DNA of 23,430 nucleotides, from positions 1 through 23,430 of IMG/VR virus record IMGVR_UViG_2675903330_000005. One strand, 5' to 3'. The notes beneath the pieces are model-generated. The model was not told the DNA's origin and did no database searches. It saw nothing but the letters and a program-made list of their open reading frames with translations. The position numbers and the translations under genes are program-made. Origin of the DNA: a virus (taxonomy: Duplodnaviria; Heunggongvirae; Uroviricota; Caudoviricetes). The stretch's first letter is position 1; each line of letters starts with the position of its first letter. This document shows, in pieces, positions 1 to 9,144 of the stretch.

Positions 1-1017
1 TCACACTTCTAGCGTTGCGAGGGGGTTGAATCTCAGAGCCGTCTCAAGATGATCGGGTGCTAAATGGGCATAGCGCATAGTCATTTTTATATCGTGATGT
101 CCGAGGATTTTTTGCAAAGCAAGGATATTTCCACCCGACATCATGAAGTGCGCCGCAAACGTATGGCGCAGAACGTGTGTCAGTTGACCGCGAGGGAGCA
201 CGATAGACGTTTTTTCCATCACGGATAAAAATTGAAAATAGCAGTCTGTAAAGAAATTGAACCCATCAAGCGCCATGATCTCTTCGTAAAGCTCTTTACT
301 GATAGGGATGCTTCTGTTTTTCTTCCCCTTCGTTCTTACAAAGGTAATTCGGTATTTGGTCACTTGCGAGCGGGTAAGATTTATTGCTTCTCGCCAGCGT
401 GCGCCTGTGCTTAGGCATATCTTGACTACCAGTGCCAGAATTGGGTCCTGACGTTTGCAATCAGCCAGCAGTTCAACAATCTGCTCATGGGTAAGCCATG
501 CCATCTCTTTTTCTGCGATGGTGAATTTTCGCATGTTCTCCAGTGGGTTCGGATACGACCATTCGCCCAGGCGGGATAGTTCGCTAAAAACACTACTTAG
601 ATAGCTTTGCTCCAGGTTAATGGTGACCGGGCTTGCTCCTTTCTTCCATTTCTCGCTGAAGTAGATCTCACCTGTCAGGCGTTTATCTCGATAGTGGGCA
701 AACATTTTAGAGGTTAGATCAGTTGCAAGGGGATTGCCCAGAGCGTCAACCATCAACAGCAGTTTGTCATAGACATGCTGCCCAGCTGTCAGAGATTTAC
801 CATGTAGTTTGAACCATAGCTCAATCACGTCTTTCAATGTCCGACGATCCACTGATTCGCCCAGCCAGGGCTTTGCTTCGGTTTCTTCCATCGTGTGACG
901 CTCAAAAGCCAGAGCTTCGCCTTTGGTGGCGAATTGTTTACGCACACGACGTCCACTACGTCCGGCGGGGTAACATTCGCAAAGCCATTTTCCTGTGGTG
1001 AGTTTTCGTACTGCCAT
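1..1017 (-). CDS. int: Phage integrase, tyrosine recombinase (P2 Int-like); likely start at the internal ATG (Met27 of the track ORF), about 338 aa
   Basis: Translated ORF has the P2-integrase-like C-terminal catalytic region (..LSTGARWREA.., ..HVLRHTFAAHFMMSGGNILALQKILGH.., ..MTMRYAHL..); N-terminus MAVRKLTTGKW matches the P2 Int start pattern; stop codon at window position 1-3. Confidence 0.9.
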   Translation of the reverse strand: MAVRKLTTGKWLCECYPAGRSGRRVRKQFATKGEALAFERHTMEETEAKPWLGESVDRRTLKDVIELWFKLHGKSLTAGQHVYDKLLLMVDALGNPLATDLTSKMFAHYRDKRLTGEIYFSEKWKKGASPVTINLEQSYLSSVFSELSRLGEWSYPNPLENMRKFTIAEKEMAWLTHEQIVELLADCKRQDPILALVVKICLSTGARWREAINLTRSQVTKYRITFVRTKGKKNRSIPISKELYEEIMALDGFNFFTDCYFQFLSVMEKTSIVLPRGQLTHVLRHTFAAHFMMSGGNILALQKILGHHDIKMTMRYAHLAPDHLETALRFNPLATLEV

Positions 1018-1203
1018 AAAAAATGCCCTCCAGTAGAGAGCATTTTTACTGTATGTATAACCAGTGTCAATGTATGAAATCCTGCGACCATACATCTCAC
1101 TGAAGCCATAATGAAGTTAGCTATTTTTTGCTATGTGAGTATGTGACTTTTGCGGTTAGCCTGCGGCTCATTGTTATATTAGGCGCAGATATAAAAGCAA
1201 AAT

Positions 1204-1395
1204 TTATCGCGAGTTTTTAGTACAGATTTTTTTTGATTTACTAATAGTTCCATCATTGCAAACGAACTTTCCATCGGAGGTACAGTGAGAGACACCTCCC
1301 TTTTTCCCAGAACAAGGATAATTTTTAGCATAGGTAGTTAGTGGGTTTAATAACAAAGAGCATGATAAAACCACAAAAAATACCTTACCAAGCAT
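1204..1395 (-). CDS. Small secreted cysteine-rich peptide (63 aa, predicted signal peptide, 4 Cys in mature part); function unknown, moron-like
   Basis: Hydrophobic N-terminus [23 protein letters not shown] followed by a Lys/Cys-rich approx 40-aa region; strong SD GGGAGGA 5 nt upstream of ATG; sits 16 bp downstream of cI on the same strand. Confidence 0.45.
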   Translation of the reverse strand: MLGKVFFVVLSCSLLLNPLTTYAKNYPCSGKKGGVSHCTSDGKFVCNDGTISKSKKICTKNSR

Positions 1396-1410
1396 AGTTT
1401 CCTCCCGGTA

Positions 1411-1986
1411 TTACCTAACGTACTTAATTGTTAAACTTATAATTTTCCCAATTATTTCAACATCTTCTATCTTGCACTCGAAGGCTCTGTTTCCACCCTC
1501 GACGAAGATTCTTCCACCGGGTAAACGAGTAATGTCACGGATCGTTATTTCGCCATCAATACTTATTACCCATTTACCATCACGTATATCATCAAATTCC
1601 TTATCACAAATAAATTCAGAATTATTATCTGTGATTACAAAAAGATTCTTGAATGCCGACGGTAGAAATTCTCTATCGAAAATATAAAAACCGTCTTCAC
1701 ACAAGGCCCCATCAGATAATACATATTTAGCAACTTCCATAGTATTTGTATTACCTGAAGTTTGCTTTGAACCATGCCCGGTTGTGAGCCAATTAAGCGA
1801 GGTGCCTGTTTCAAGGGCGCACTGGATTACCCATTCTGCTGGGAATGAGTCACGCATGTAGCGTGTGGCGAGTGTACTTTTAGAGATTCCTAAATGATCG
1901 CACAACGCCTGTCGAGTCTTGAATCCATAAGCTTCTACCATGCGCTCTATAGCGCCTCGTCCGCCTTTCTCCAAATTCATGGTCAC
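1411..1986 (-). CDS. cI: Immunity repressor, phage 186 CI-type
   Basis: N-terminal region ..IERMVEAYGF..HLGISKSTLATRYMR..CALETGTSLNWLTTGHG matches the 186 CI HTH-domain pattern as I recall it; about 190 aa; located between int and divergently transcribed apl/cII. Confidence 0.85.
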   Translation of the reverse strand: MTMNLEKGGRGAIERMVEAYGFKTRQALCDHLGISKSTLATRYMRDSFPAEWVIQCALETGTSLNWLTTGHGSKQTSGNTNTMEVAKYVLSDGALCEDGFYIFDREFLPSAFKNLFVITDNNSEFICDKEFDDIRDGKWVISIDGEITIRDITRLPGGRIFVEGGNRAFECKIEDVEIIGKIISLTIKYVR

Positions 1987-2004
1987 TCCAAGTGAACTTT
2001 TATC

Positions 2005-2033
2005 TTGACGATTTCACTGTGCGATCGTATGTT
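2005..2033 (+). promoter_or_regulatory. Candidate rightward lytic promoter (pR-like): -35 TTGACG, 17-bp spacer, -10 TATGTT
   Basis: Sigma70-like hexamers with optimal spacing in the cI/apl intergenic switch region, about 70 bp upstream of the apl ATG. Confidence 0.4.
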
Positions 2034-2105
2034 TATGGTGTTCACAAAATACAAACGATCCGTATTCGTCCTGATTAATCATCATTAAACGAGGAATGTT
2101 GCATC

Positions 2106-2327
2106 ATGAGACCTAACATTTCAATCACTCTTACCACCCCTCATGTGACTATTGAACGCTATAGCGAGCTGACAGGGCTATCCATCGATACCATCAATGA
2201 CATGTTGGCTGATGGACGCCTTATCCGTCACCGACTGCGCAAAGATAAAAAACGCGAAAAAGTGATGATCAACATAGCAGCAATGACCGTTGATGCGCTT
2301 TCAGAATGCAATCTAAACCTTAATTAG
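2106..2327 (+). CDS. apl: Apl/Cox-type excisionase and transcriptional regulator (small HTH protein)
   Basis: 73-aa protein, first gene of the rightward operon opposite cI; HTH-like segment [23 protein letters not shown]; positional equivalent of 186 apl / P2 cox. Confidence 0.6.
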   Translation: MRPNISITLTTPHVTIERYSELTGLSIDTINDMLADGRLIRHRLRKDKKREKVMINIAAMTVDALSECNLNLN

Positions 2328-2359
2328 TTCGATTCTGAAATACATCAGAGGCATTGACC

Positions 2360-2869
2360 ATGTTTGATTACCAAGTTTCCAAACATCCACATTTTGATGA
2401 AGCCTGTCGTGCATTCGCATTGCGCCACAACCTGGTGCAACTGGCAGAACGTGCTGGCATGAATGTGCAGATTCTGCGGAACAAGTTGAACCCAGCGCAA
2501 CCTCATTTATTAACCGCACCAGAAATCTGGCTGCTTACCGATCTGACTGAAGATTCAACGCTGGTAGATGGTTTTCTGGCTCAGATTCACTGCCTGCCAT
2601 GCGTACCGATTAATGAGGTGGCAAAAGAGAAACTGCCACATTACGTCATGAGTGCAACCGCAGAGATCGGGCGTGTTGCTGCAGGTGCGGTATCTGGCGA
2701 TGTAAAAACCAGTGCAGGTCGTCGTGATGCTATCAGCAGCATTAACTCTGTAACACGACTGATGGCGTTGGCTGCTGTTTCATTGCAGGCCCGTTTACAG
2801 GCTAACCCTGCGATGGCGAGTGCAGTTGATACCGTGACTGGCCTCGGTGCTTCATTCGGTTTGCTGTGA
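2360..2869 (+). CDS. cII: CII-type lysogeny establishment activator (phage 186 CII-like)
   Basis: Sequence [72 protein letters not shown] closely matches the 186 CII protein as I recall it; ATG at 2360 preceded by an AGAGG SD. Confidence 0.85.
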   Translation: MFDYQVSKHPHFDEACRAFALRHNLVQLAERAGMNVQILRNKLNPAQPHLLTAPEIWLLTDLTEDSTLVDGFLAQIHCLPCVPINEVAKEKLPHYVMSATAEIGRVAAGAVSGDVKTSAGRRDAISSINSVTRLMALAAVSLQARLQANPAMASAVDTVTGLGASFGLL

Positions 2870-2876
2870 GGTGCTT

Positions 2877-3077
2877 ATGCTGACGAAAGAACCATCATTT
2901 GCATCGCTGCTGGTAAAGCAAAGCCCGGCAATGCACTACGGTCACGGCTGGATCATGGGTGAGGATGGAAAACGCTGGCATCCGTGCCGTTCACAAGATG
3001 AATTGCTGGCAGAACTATCTACGAAAAAACGGGGGAACAAATGGCTATTGAAGGCGCTGCGGCGACTGTTCCATTAA
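2877..3077 (+). CDS. Small early protein (positional equivalent of 186 fil); function not assignable
   Basis: ATG at 2877 with GAGGTG SD immediately after the cII stop; 66 aa. Confidence 0.4.
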   Translation: MLTKEPSFASLLVKQSPAMHYGHGWIMGEDGKRWHPCRSQDELLAELSTKKRGNKWLLKALRRLFH

Positions 3078-3382
3078 GACCCGGTGAACGCCTGAATGGA
3101 CTTAATCATATTGCGGAGTTAAGGGCGAAAGTTTTTGGTTTGAATATTGAGTCAGAGCTTGAGCGGTTTATTAAAGATATGCGTGATCCACGGGATATCA
3201 ATAATGAACAAAATAAACGGGCACTGGCTGCCATATTCTTTATGGCAAAAATTCCAGCTGAACGTCATAGCATCAGCATTAATGAGCTGACCACTGACGA
3301 AAAGCGGGAGTTGATTAAAGCAATGAATCATTTTCGTGCAGTGGTGAGCTTATTTCCCAGACGGCTAACCATGCCGAACTAA
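3041..3382 (+). CDS. Hypothetical early-region protein, 113 aa
   Basis: ORF with a GGGGGA SD-like sequence upstream; overlaps the 3' end of the preceding ORF; no recognisable motif. Confidence 0.4.
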   Translation: MAIEGAAATVPLRPGERLNGLNHIAELRAKVFGLNIESELERFIKDMRDPRDINNEQNKRALAAIFFMAKIPAERHSISINELTTDEKRELIKAMNHFRAVVSLFPRRLTMPN

Positions 3383-3449
3383 CCAACTAATGAAATTAAT
3401 GGCGTAAACCCGCCGGGCATCCCTTTATCTAAATTCAGGAGAATTGCTT

Positions 3450-3683
3450 ATGCGTAATATTGAAACCCTCACGACCAAAACCGGACCGGATGATGCAGGT
3501 CTTAATCTTTTACTGACAGAGGCTCGTCTGGAAGAACGCCGGGCAAGGGCTGAAGCAATGGCTGCTCGCCTCGATAGCCTGGCGTGTCATATCACCTCCC
3601 GCCAGCTAAACCACGTCGAAGCGGCAGAACTGCTGCGTGTGACTGCTGAAGCAATCCAGAACGAAGCGCAGGAGATCCACTGA
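3450..3683 (+). CDS. Hypothetical early-region protein, 77 aa, predicted coiled-coil/helical
   Basis: ATG at 3450 with AGGAGA SD 7 nt upstream; its stop overlaps the next gene's start (TGATG). Confidence 0.45.
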   Translation: MRNIETLTTKTGPDDAGLNLLLTEARLEERRARAEAMAARLDSLACHITSRQLNHVEAAELLRVTAEAIQNEAQEIH

Positions 3684-3910
3684 TGGCTGATGCAATGGAT
3701 CTCGTACAGCAGCGCGTTGAAGAAGAACGCCAACGCCATATCCGTGCTGCCCGTGCCAAAACGCCGGGCGTGTCCCGCGTGCTTTGCGTTGAGTGTGAAG
3801 CGCCAATTCCGCCAGCACGCCGCCGTGCCATTCCTGGAGTGCAGCTTTGCATTACCTGCCAGGAAATCGCAGAGCTGAAAGGCAAACATTACAACGGAGG
3901 TGCTGTATGA
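3683..3910 (+). CDS. TraR/DksA-family C4 zinc-finger protein (P2 orf82-like)
   Basis: CxxC...CxxC arrangement (..LCVECEAPIP..LCITCQE..) in a 75-aa protein; typical position in the P2-like early operon. Confidence 0.7.
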   Translation: MADAMDLVQQRVEEERQRHIRAARAKTPGVSRVLCVECEAPIPPARRRAIPGVQLCITCQEIAELKGKHYNGGAV

Positions 3911-4764
3911 GCACCATCCTGAAATGGGCGGGTAATAAAACCGCCATTATGTCCGAACTGAAAAAATACCTTCCTGCTGGCCCGCGACTGGTTGAACCTT
4001 TCGCGGGTTCTTGTGCTGTGATGATGGCGACGGATTACCCCAGCTATCTGGTTGCGGATATTAATCCTGATTTAATCAACCTCTATAAAAAGATTGCCGC
4101 TGATTGCGAAGCGTTTATATCTCGTGCCAAAGTTTTATTTGAGGAAGCAAACAGTGAGCTGGCTTATTACAACATAAGACAGGAGTTTAATTACTCAACT
4201 GAAATTACTGATTTCATGAAGGCGATATATTTCCTGTATCTCAATCGTCACGGTTACCGTGGTTTATGTCGCTATAACAAGAGCGGGTATTTCAACATTC
4301 CCTACGGTAATTATAAAAATCCGTATTTCCCTGAAAAAGAAATTCGCGCATTTGCAGAGAAAGCCCAGCGGGCAACGTTTATCTGCGCGAGCTTTGATGA
4401 AACGCTGGCGATGCTGCAGGTGGGGGATGTGGTGTATTGCGATCCGCCGTATGACGGTACGTTTTCCGGCTATCACACTGATGGTTTCACTGAAGATGAC
4501 CAGTATCACCTGGCATCCATTCTTGAACATCGGTCATCAGAAGGACATCCGGTCATTGTTTCTAACAATGACACATCCCTGATTCGTTCGCTGTATCGCA
4601 ATTTTACTCACCACTATATCAAGGCAAAACGCAGCATCGGCGTGTCAGCTGGCGAGGGTAAATCTGCAACAGAAATCATTGCTGTTTCCGGGCCGAGCTG
4701 CTGGTTGGGATTTGATCCTTCGCGTGGCGTGGATAGTTCTGCCGTGTACGGAGTGTGTGTATGA
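3907..4764 (+). CDS. dam: DNA adenine methyltransferase (Dam-like, GATC N6-adenine MTase)
   Basis: N-terminal LKWAGNK and FAGSCAV (AdoMet-binding) motifs plus catalytic DPPY motif (..[11 protein letters not shown]..); start ATGA-overlaps the upstream stop. Confidence 0.9.
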   Translation: MSTILKWAGNKTAIMSELKKYLPAGPRLVEPFAGSCAVMMATDYPSYLVADINPDLINLYKKIAADCEAFISRAKVLFEEANSELAYYNIRQEFNYSTEITDFMKAIYFLYLNRHGYRGLCRYNKSGYFNIPYGNYKNPYFPEKEIRAFAEKAQRATFICASFDETLAMLQVGDVVYCDPPYDGTFSGYHTDGFTEDDQYHLASILEHRSSEGHPVIVSNNDTSLIRSLYRNFTHHYIKAKRSIGVSAGEGKSATEIIAVSGPSCWLGFDPSRGVDSSAVYGVCV

Positions 4765-7175
4765 GTCATGACGATATGAACAATTGCAGCGGCTTTAACG
4801 AGGCCGCCGCAGCATTTTCATGGAACGGCTCGAAAAAGGCCATTAACCCTTATCTGGACCCGGCGGAAGTTGCGCCGGAGTCTGCACTTTCAAACCTGAT
4901 CACTCTGTACGCTGCCGATAACGAGCAGGAACAACTGCGCCGCGAGGCACTGAGTGAGCAGGTCTGGGAGCGTTATTTCTTTAATGAATCCCGTGATCCT
5001 GTCCAGCGCGAAATGGAGCAGGATAAGCTCATTAGCCGGGCAAAGCTGGCGCATGAGCAGCAGCGTTTTAATCCGGACATGGTCATTCTGGCGGACGTAA
5101 ACGCCCAGCCTTCCCATATCAGCAAGCCGCTGATGCAACGTATTGAATACTTCAGCAGCCTGGGCAGGCCAAAGGCTTATTCCCGCTATTTGCGTGAGAC
5201 GATTAAGCCATGTCTGGAGCGACTGGATTGTGTACGTGACAGTCAGCTATCTGTTTCTTTCCGTTTTATGGCAAGCCATCAAGGGCTGGAGGGTCTGCTG
5301 ATCCTGCCTGAAATGAGCCAGGATCAGGTGAAACGCCTGTCCACCCTGGTAGCAGCGCATATGAGCATGTGTCTTGAGGACGCTTGTGGTGATTTGTATG
5401 CCACCGATGACGTTAAGCCAGAAGAAATCCGCAAGACATGGGAAAAGGTGGCAGCGGAAACCCTGCGTCTGGATGTTATCCCGCCTGCGTTTGAGAAACT
5501 TCGTCGGAAAAGAAACCGCCGCAAACCAGTGCCCTATGAACTCATCCCGGGTTCGCTGGCGCGTATGTTGTGTGCCGACTGGTGGTATCGGAAATTATGG
5601 AAGATGCGTTGCGAATGGCGGGAAGAGCAGTTGCGTGCTGTCTGCCTGGTCAGCAAAAAAGCATCCCCCTATGTCAGCTATGAAGCCGTGATGCATAAAC
5701 GTGAGCAGCGCCGTAAGTCGCTGGAGTTTTTTCGTTCTCATGAACTGGTGAACGAAGACGGCGACACGCTGGATATGGAAGATGTGGTAAACGCCAGCAG
5801 CAGCAACCCGGCGCATCGCCGCAATGAGATGATGGCCTGTGTTAAAGGTCTGGAGCTTATCGCGGAAATGCGCAGTGACTGTGCCGTTTTCTACACTATC
5901 ACCTGTCCGTCGCGTTTCCATTCCACGCTCAATAACGGCAGACCAAACCCGACCTGGACAAACGCGACGGTAAGACAAAGTAGCGATTATCTGGTCGGCA
6001 TGTTTGCTGCATTTCGTAAGGCTATGCATAAAGCCGAGTTGCGCTGGTATGGCGTGCGGGTAGCTGAGCCGCATCATGACGGTACTGTGCACTGGCATCT
6101 CATGTGTTTCATGCGTAAAAAAGACCGCCGCGCCATCACTGCATTACTGCGTAAGTTTGCCATCCGTGAAGACCGCGAGGAGCTGGGCAATAACACGGGA
6201 CCACGCTTTAAGTCTGAGCTGATAAACCCGCGCAAAGGTACGCCAACAAGCTATATCGCGAAATACATCAGTAAGAACATTGACGGGCGTGGTCTGGCTG
6301 GGGAGATCAGCAAGGAAACGGGTAAATCCCTGCGTGATAACGCTGAATACGTTAATGCCTGGGCGTCTCTGCATCGTGTTCAGCAATTCCGCTTCTTTGG
6401 CATTCCGGGGCGTCAGGCTTACCGTGAACTGCGATTGCTGGCTGGTCAGGCGGCAAGGCAACAGGGTGACAAAAAAGCAGGTGCGCCGGTACTGGATAAC
6501 CCGCGCCTTGATGCAATCCTGGCTGCTGCTGATGCTGGTTGTTTTGCCACCTACATCATGAAGCAGGGCGGCGTACTGGTTCCCCGCAAATATCACCTCA
6601 TCAGAACTGCTTATGAAATCAACGAAGAACCGACCGCATATGGCGATCACGGTATTCGTATTTATGGCATCTGGTCACCCATTGCAGAGGGCAAGATCTG
6701 CACTCATGCGGTGAAGTGGAAAATGGTTCGTAAGGCCGTTGACGTTCAGGAGGCGGCAGCCGACCAGGGCGCTTGCGCCCCTTGGACTCGTGGCAATAAC
6801 TGTCCCCTTGCTGAAAATTTGAACCAACAGGAGAAAGATAAATCAACAGATGGGGATCCCAGAACTGACATTACCTGTATGGATGACAAGGAGTTGCACG
6901 ATTACCTGCACAGTATGAGCAAAAAAGAGCGCCAGGAACTGGCAGCAAGATTACGCCTGATGAAACCGAAACGGCGTAAAGACTACAAACAGCGAATTAC
7001 AGAGTATCAGCGTCAGCAGCTCGTCTATGAACTGAAGTCAAGAGGATTTGATGGCAGCGAGAAAGAGGTCGATTTGCTCCTTCGCGGTGGCAGTATTCCG
7101 TCAGGAGCAGGCCTGCGTATCTTCTATCGGAACCAGCGTTTGCAGGAAGATGATAAGTGGCGGAACCTGTATTAA
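4761..7175 (+). CDS. A: Replication initiation endonuclease gpA (HUH rolling-circle initiator)
   Basis: About 804 aa; HUH motif ..[10 protein letters not shown].. and tyrosine pair ..[10 protein letters not shown].. characteristic of P2 gpA; start overlaps dam stop (ATGA). Confidence 0.9.
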   Translation: MSHDDMNNCSGFNEAAAAFSWNGSKKAINPYLDPAEVAPESALSNLITLYAADNEQEQLRREALSEQVWERYFFNESRDPVQREMEQDKLISRAKLAHEQQRFNPDMVILADVNAQPSHISKPLMQRIEYFSSLGRPKAYSRYLRETIKPCLERLDCVRDSQLSVSFRFMASHQGLEGLLILPEMSQDQVKRLSTLVAAHMSMCLEDACGDLYATDDVKPEEIRKTWEKVAAETLRLDVIPPAFEKLRRKRNRRKPVPYELIPGSLARMLCADWWYRKLWKMRCEWREEQLRAVCLVSKKASPYVSYEAVMHKREQRRKSLEFFRSHELVNEDGDTLDMEDVVNASSSNPAHRRNEMMACVKGLELIAEMRSDCAVFYTITCPSRFHSTLNNGRPNPTWTNATVRQSSDYLVGMFAAFRKAMHKAELRWYGVRVAEPHHDGTVHWHLMCFMRKKDRRAITALLRKFAIREDREELGNNTGPRFKSELINPRKGTPTSYIAKYISKNIDGRGLAGEISKETGKSLRDNAEYVNAWASLHRVQQFRFFGIPGRQAYRELRLLAGQAARQQGDKKAGAPVLDNPRLDAILAAADAGCFATYIMKQGGVLVPRKYHLIRTAYEINEEPTAYGDHGIRIYGIWSPIAEGKICTHAVKWKMVRKAVDVQEAAADQGACAPWTRGNNCPLAENLNQQEKDKSTDGDPRTDITCMDDKELHDYLHSMSKKERQELAARLRLMKPKRRKDYKQRITEYQRQQLVYELKSRGFDGSEKEVDLLLRGGSIPSGAGLRIFYRNQRLQEDDKWRNLY

Positions 7176-7266
7176 TCACGTGGGTTAACAATTCGTGCTC
7201 TTAATAATACCAGGCATATCAGGCTGATGAACGTAAAAAACGTTTTACATCAGTAAGATTATTATA

Positions 7267-7286
7267 TACTGTAAATATAAACAGTG
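7267..7286. promoter_or_regulatory. Candidate LexA (SOS) box: TACTGTAAATATAAACAGTG (CTGT-N8-ACAG)
   Basis: Match to the LexA consensus TACTGT(AT)4ACAGTA core, overlapping a -10-like TATAAA/TATACT region about 45 bp upstream of a small ORF with a consensus SD. Confidence 0.55.
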
Positions 7287-7327
7287 GTTGTGCATACAGT
7301 GTTGCTTGTGGTGTCATAGGAGGAAAG

Positions 7328-7498
7328 ATGCAGGACTATTTTTTGGAGTCTTTGAAGCTCCAGCGCATTGATTTTTTTCTTAAGCTTGTGGCGGCTAGTG
7401 AGTGTAGTGATGAAGAGAAGGGGCTGGCTCTGCAGTGGGTTTCTGAGTTGACTGATGAGCTGATGGCGAGAATTCGCGCTCATGAATACAACCACTAG
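7328..7498 (+). CDS. Small 56-aa ORF downstream of the LexA box; candidate SOS-inducible Tum-like antirepressor or small regulator
   Basis: ATG preceded by a perfect AGGAGG SD at optimal spacing; not in the supplied ORF track (under 60 aa); translates to MQDYFLESLKLQRIDFFLKLVAASECSDEEKGLALQWVSELTDELMARIRAHEYNH. Confidence 0.35.
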   Translation: MQDYFLESLKLQRIDFFLKLVAASECSDEEKGLALQWVSELTDELMARIRAHEYNH

Positions 7499-7671
7499 AT
7501 GGATCTTCCCAGTAGTTTTTCGAAACTGAAAACAACCGAGTGAAAGTTACGACACTTGAGATTTTCACTTGGGTTATAATCAGAATACTTGTTTTCGTCC
7601 ACAAATGTACATGCCATGCATTAATGTGGTGATAGCTTTCAATTTTTACTAAATGGTTTCAATTGCTTCTT

Positions 7672-8217
7672 ATGAATCATGTAATGTTAGATATAGAAAC
7701 ATTGGATGTTGAAAAAACAGCTTATATCCTTTCAGTTGGTGCGGCTTTTTTCGTGCCGGAGACTGGCGAGATTGGTCCGGGTTTCTATCAAGTTATTTCG
7801 CTTGATCATGAACAAGCAGGCAGAACCATTGCCCCCTCTACTGTAAAGTGGTGGATGAATCAAAGTACTGAAGCTAAAAACGAAAATTTTGATGGCACTA
7901 AGGACCTTTTAGAGGTTCTGAATGAATTTGTGGCATTTATTCTTCATAATCGTACTGGCCGAGTAAAAGTGTGGGGAAACGGGAAAGAGTTTGACTGCAC
8001 GATCATGCATCATGCCCTGTTACAGGCGGGTCTGGATTGCCCATGGTCATTCAGAGATACTCTTGACGTTAGAACCATCTTAGCACTTGGTGAAAGCAAA
8101 GGAATTTTTTCTCATGCTGATAAAAATTTCACTGGCATTAGGCACACAGCATTCGATGATGTTTTATTTCAGATCGCACAGGTTTCTCACATCTATATGA
8201 ATTTAAATAAAAAATAA
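7672..8217 (+). CDS. DEDDh-type 3'-5' exonuclease (DnaQ-like fold), about 181 aa
   Basis: Exo I motif VMLDIETLD, Exo II-like ..VWGNGKEFDCTIM.., Exo III motif ..HTAFDDVLFQI..; first gene of the AT-rich cargo cassette; start codon uncertain (7663 TTG / 7672 ATG / 7684 ATG). Confidence 0.7.
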   Translation: MNHVMLDIETLDVEKTAYILSVGAAFFVPETGEIGPGFYQVISLDHEQAGRTIAPSTVKWWMNQSTEAKNENFDGTKDLLEVLNEFVAFILHNRTGRVKVWGNGKEFDCTIMHHALLQAGLDCPWSFRDTLDVRTILALGESKGIFSHADKNFTGIRHTAFDDVLFQIAQVSHIYMNLNKK

Positions 8218-8232
8218 ATATAGGACTTAGCT

Positions 8233-9144
8233 ATGGATTGCTTAGATGTAACCTATTGGACTGAGCTAGATGTTTTCGCACAGTATCCTGTTGGTGCTCG
8301 CTCTAAGGCATTGGTTATTTCCCCTGATGTTGCCCCCCATGGTATCAAAGCATCGTGGCCGTATCTTTTTAAGAGAAGCATTAAAAAATACCCAGATCAA
8401 TTTTGGTGTGAGATCGTTGCCTACAGGATTGGATTGCAGCTTGGTTTTAATGTCCCCAAAGCAGTTCCTTCGTTAAAGACTAATGATTTGGGGCATACGT
8501 TTTGCGGGGCCCTCATTGAGTGGTTTCATCATAAAGATTATGAGAAATTTGCTCCCGCTGGTGATTACTTTGTTCGAAGAGATCCAAATTTTGATCGTGA
8601 GAAAGGAGCTAAGCATTCCATTGAAGGGCTGAGGATTATCGCGAAAGCTCTTAAAGTTGACTATGTTGAGTGGTTGGAGAATATGGCTCTCTTTGACGCA
8701 GTAATAGGTAATACAGATAGACATCAAGAAAACTGGGGGTTTATCTTCTCACCTTTAACCAGCGAGTGTCAGCTTGCACCATTTTTCGATAATGGTACGA
8801 GCTTATGCTACGAACGTTTTCCGGAACATGTTGCTGATTGGACCGATCATAGACTCAGGGAGCATGTTAGCCGGGGAAAGCATCATTTGCGTAAGACTCT
8901 GGGCAAAGATGAGTATCAGAGATTAGGTCATTTAGAGTTAATCAAAGAACTTTGTGATAAAAAAGAAGAATTAAAACAGCGGGTAGCTGAAAGACTGGCT
9001 CGTTTGAACCATGACTTTTGGGACTCAACTTTTGCGGAGTTGACGGAAATAAACTGCCCTGTTCCGCTGACTAGAGAACGTGCTGCATGGATTGTTCGTG
9101 TAACAAACATGCGTATTGAACTGATTAAAGGTGTTACTTCATGA
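8233..9144 (+). CDS. HipA-family serine/threonine kinase, short HipT-like form lacking the HipA N-terminal subdomain
   Basis: P-loop-like ..VGARSKALVIS.. (cf. HipA VAGAQEKTAL), ..WCEIVAYRIGLQLGFNVP.. (cf. HipA YCLLLAKELGLNVP), catalytic loop ..VIGNTDRHQENWGF.. (cf. HipA IGATDGHAKNFS) and Mg-binding ..LAPFFDNGTS.. (cf. HipA LTPFYDIIS); 303 aa. Confidence 0.8.
   Translation: MDCLDVTYWTELDVFAQYPVGARSKALVISPDVAPHGIKASWPYLFKRSIKKYPDQFWCEIVAYRIGLQLGFNVPKAVPSLKTNDLGHTFCGALIEWFHHKDYEKFAPAGDYFVRRDPNFDREKGAKHSIEGLRIIAKALKVDYVEWLENMALFDAVIGNTDRHQENWGFIFSPLTSECQLAPFFDNGTSLCYERFPEHVADWTDHRLREHVSRGKHHLRKTLGKDEYQRLGHLELIKELCDKKEELKQRVAERLARLNHDFWDSTFAELTEINCPVPLTRERAAWIVRVTNMRIELIKGVTS

Noticed and set aside
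1-1095. N-terminal 26-aa extension of the integrase ORF and the overlapping ORF 834..1109
   Set aside because: The internal ATG at 1015..1017 yields a P2-Int-length protein with the expected MAVRKL start pattern; the extension and the overlapping frame are likely artefacts
4890-6846. Multiple ORFs on both strands inside gpA (e.g. 5595..6098 -, 6144..6650 -)
   Set aside because: Embedded in the single long gpA reading frame, which carries the HUH and tyrosine motifs; no independent support
7262-7604. Minus-strand ORFs 7262..7495 and 7395..7604 in the gpA-cargo intergenic region
   Set aside because: No SD and odd composition; the + strand here has a LexA box plus an SD-led small ORF that better explains the region, though I cannot fully exclude a minus-strand gene
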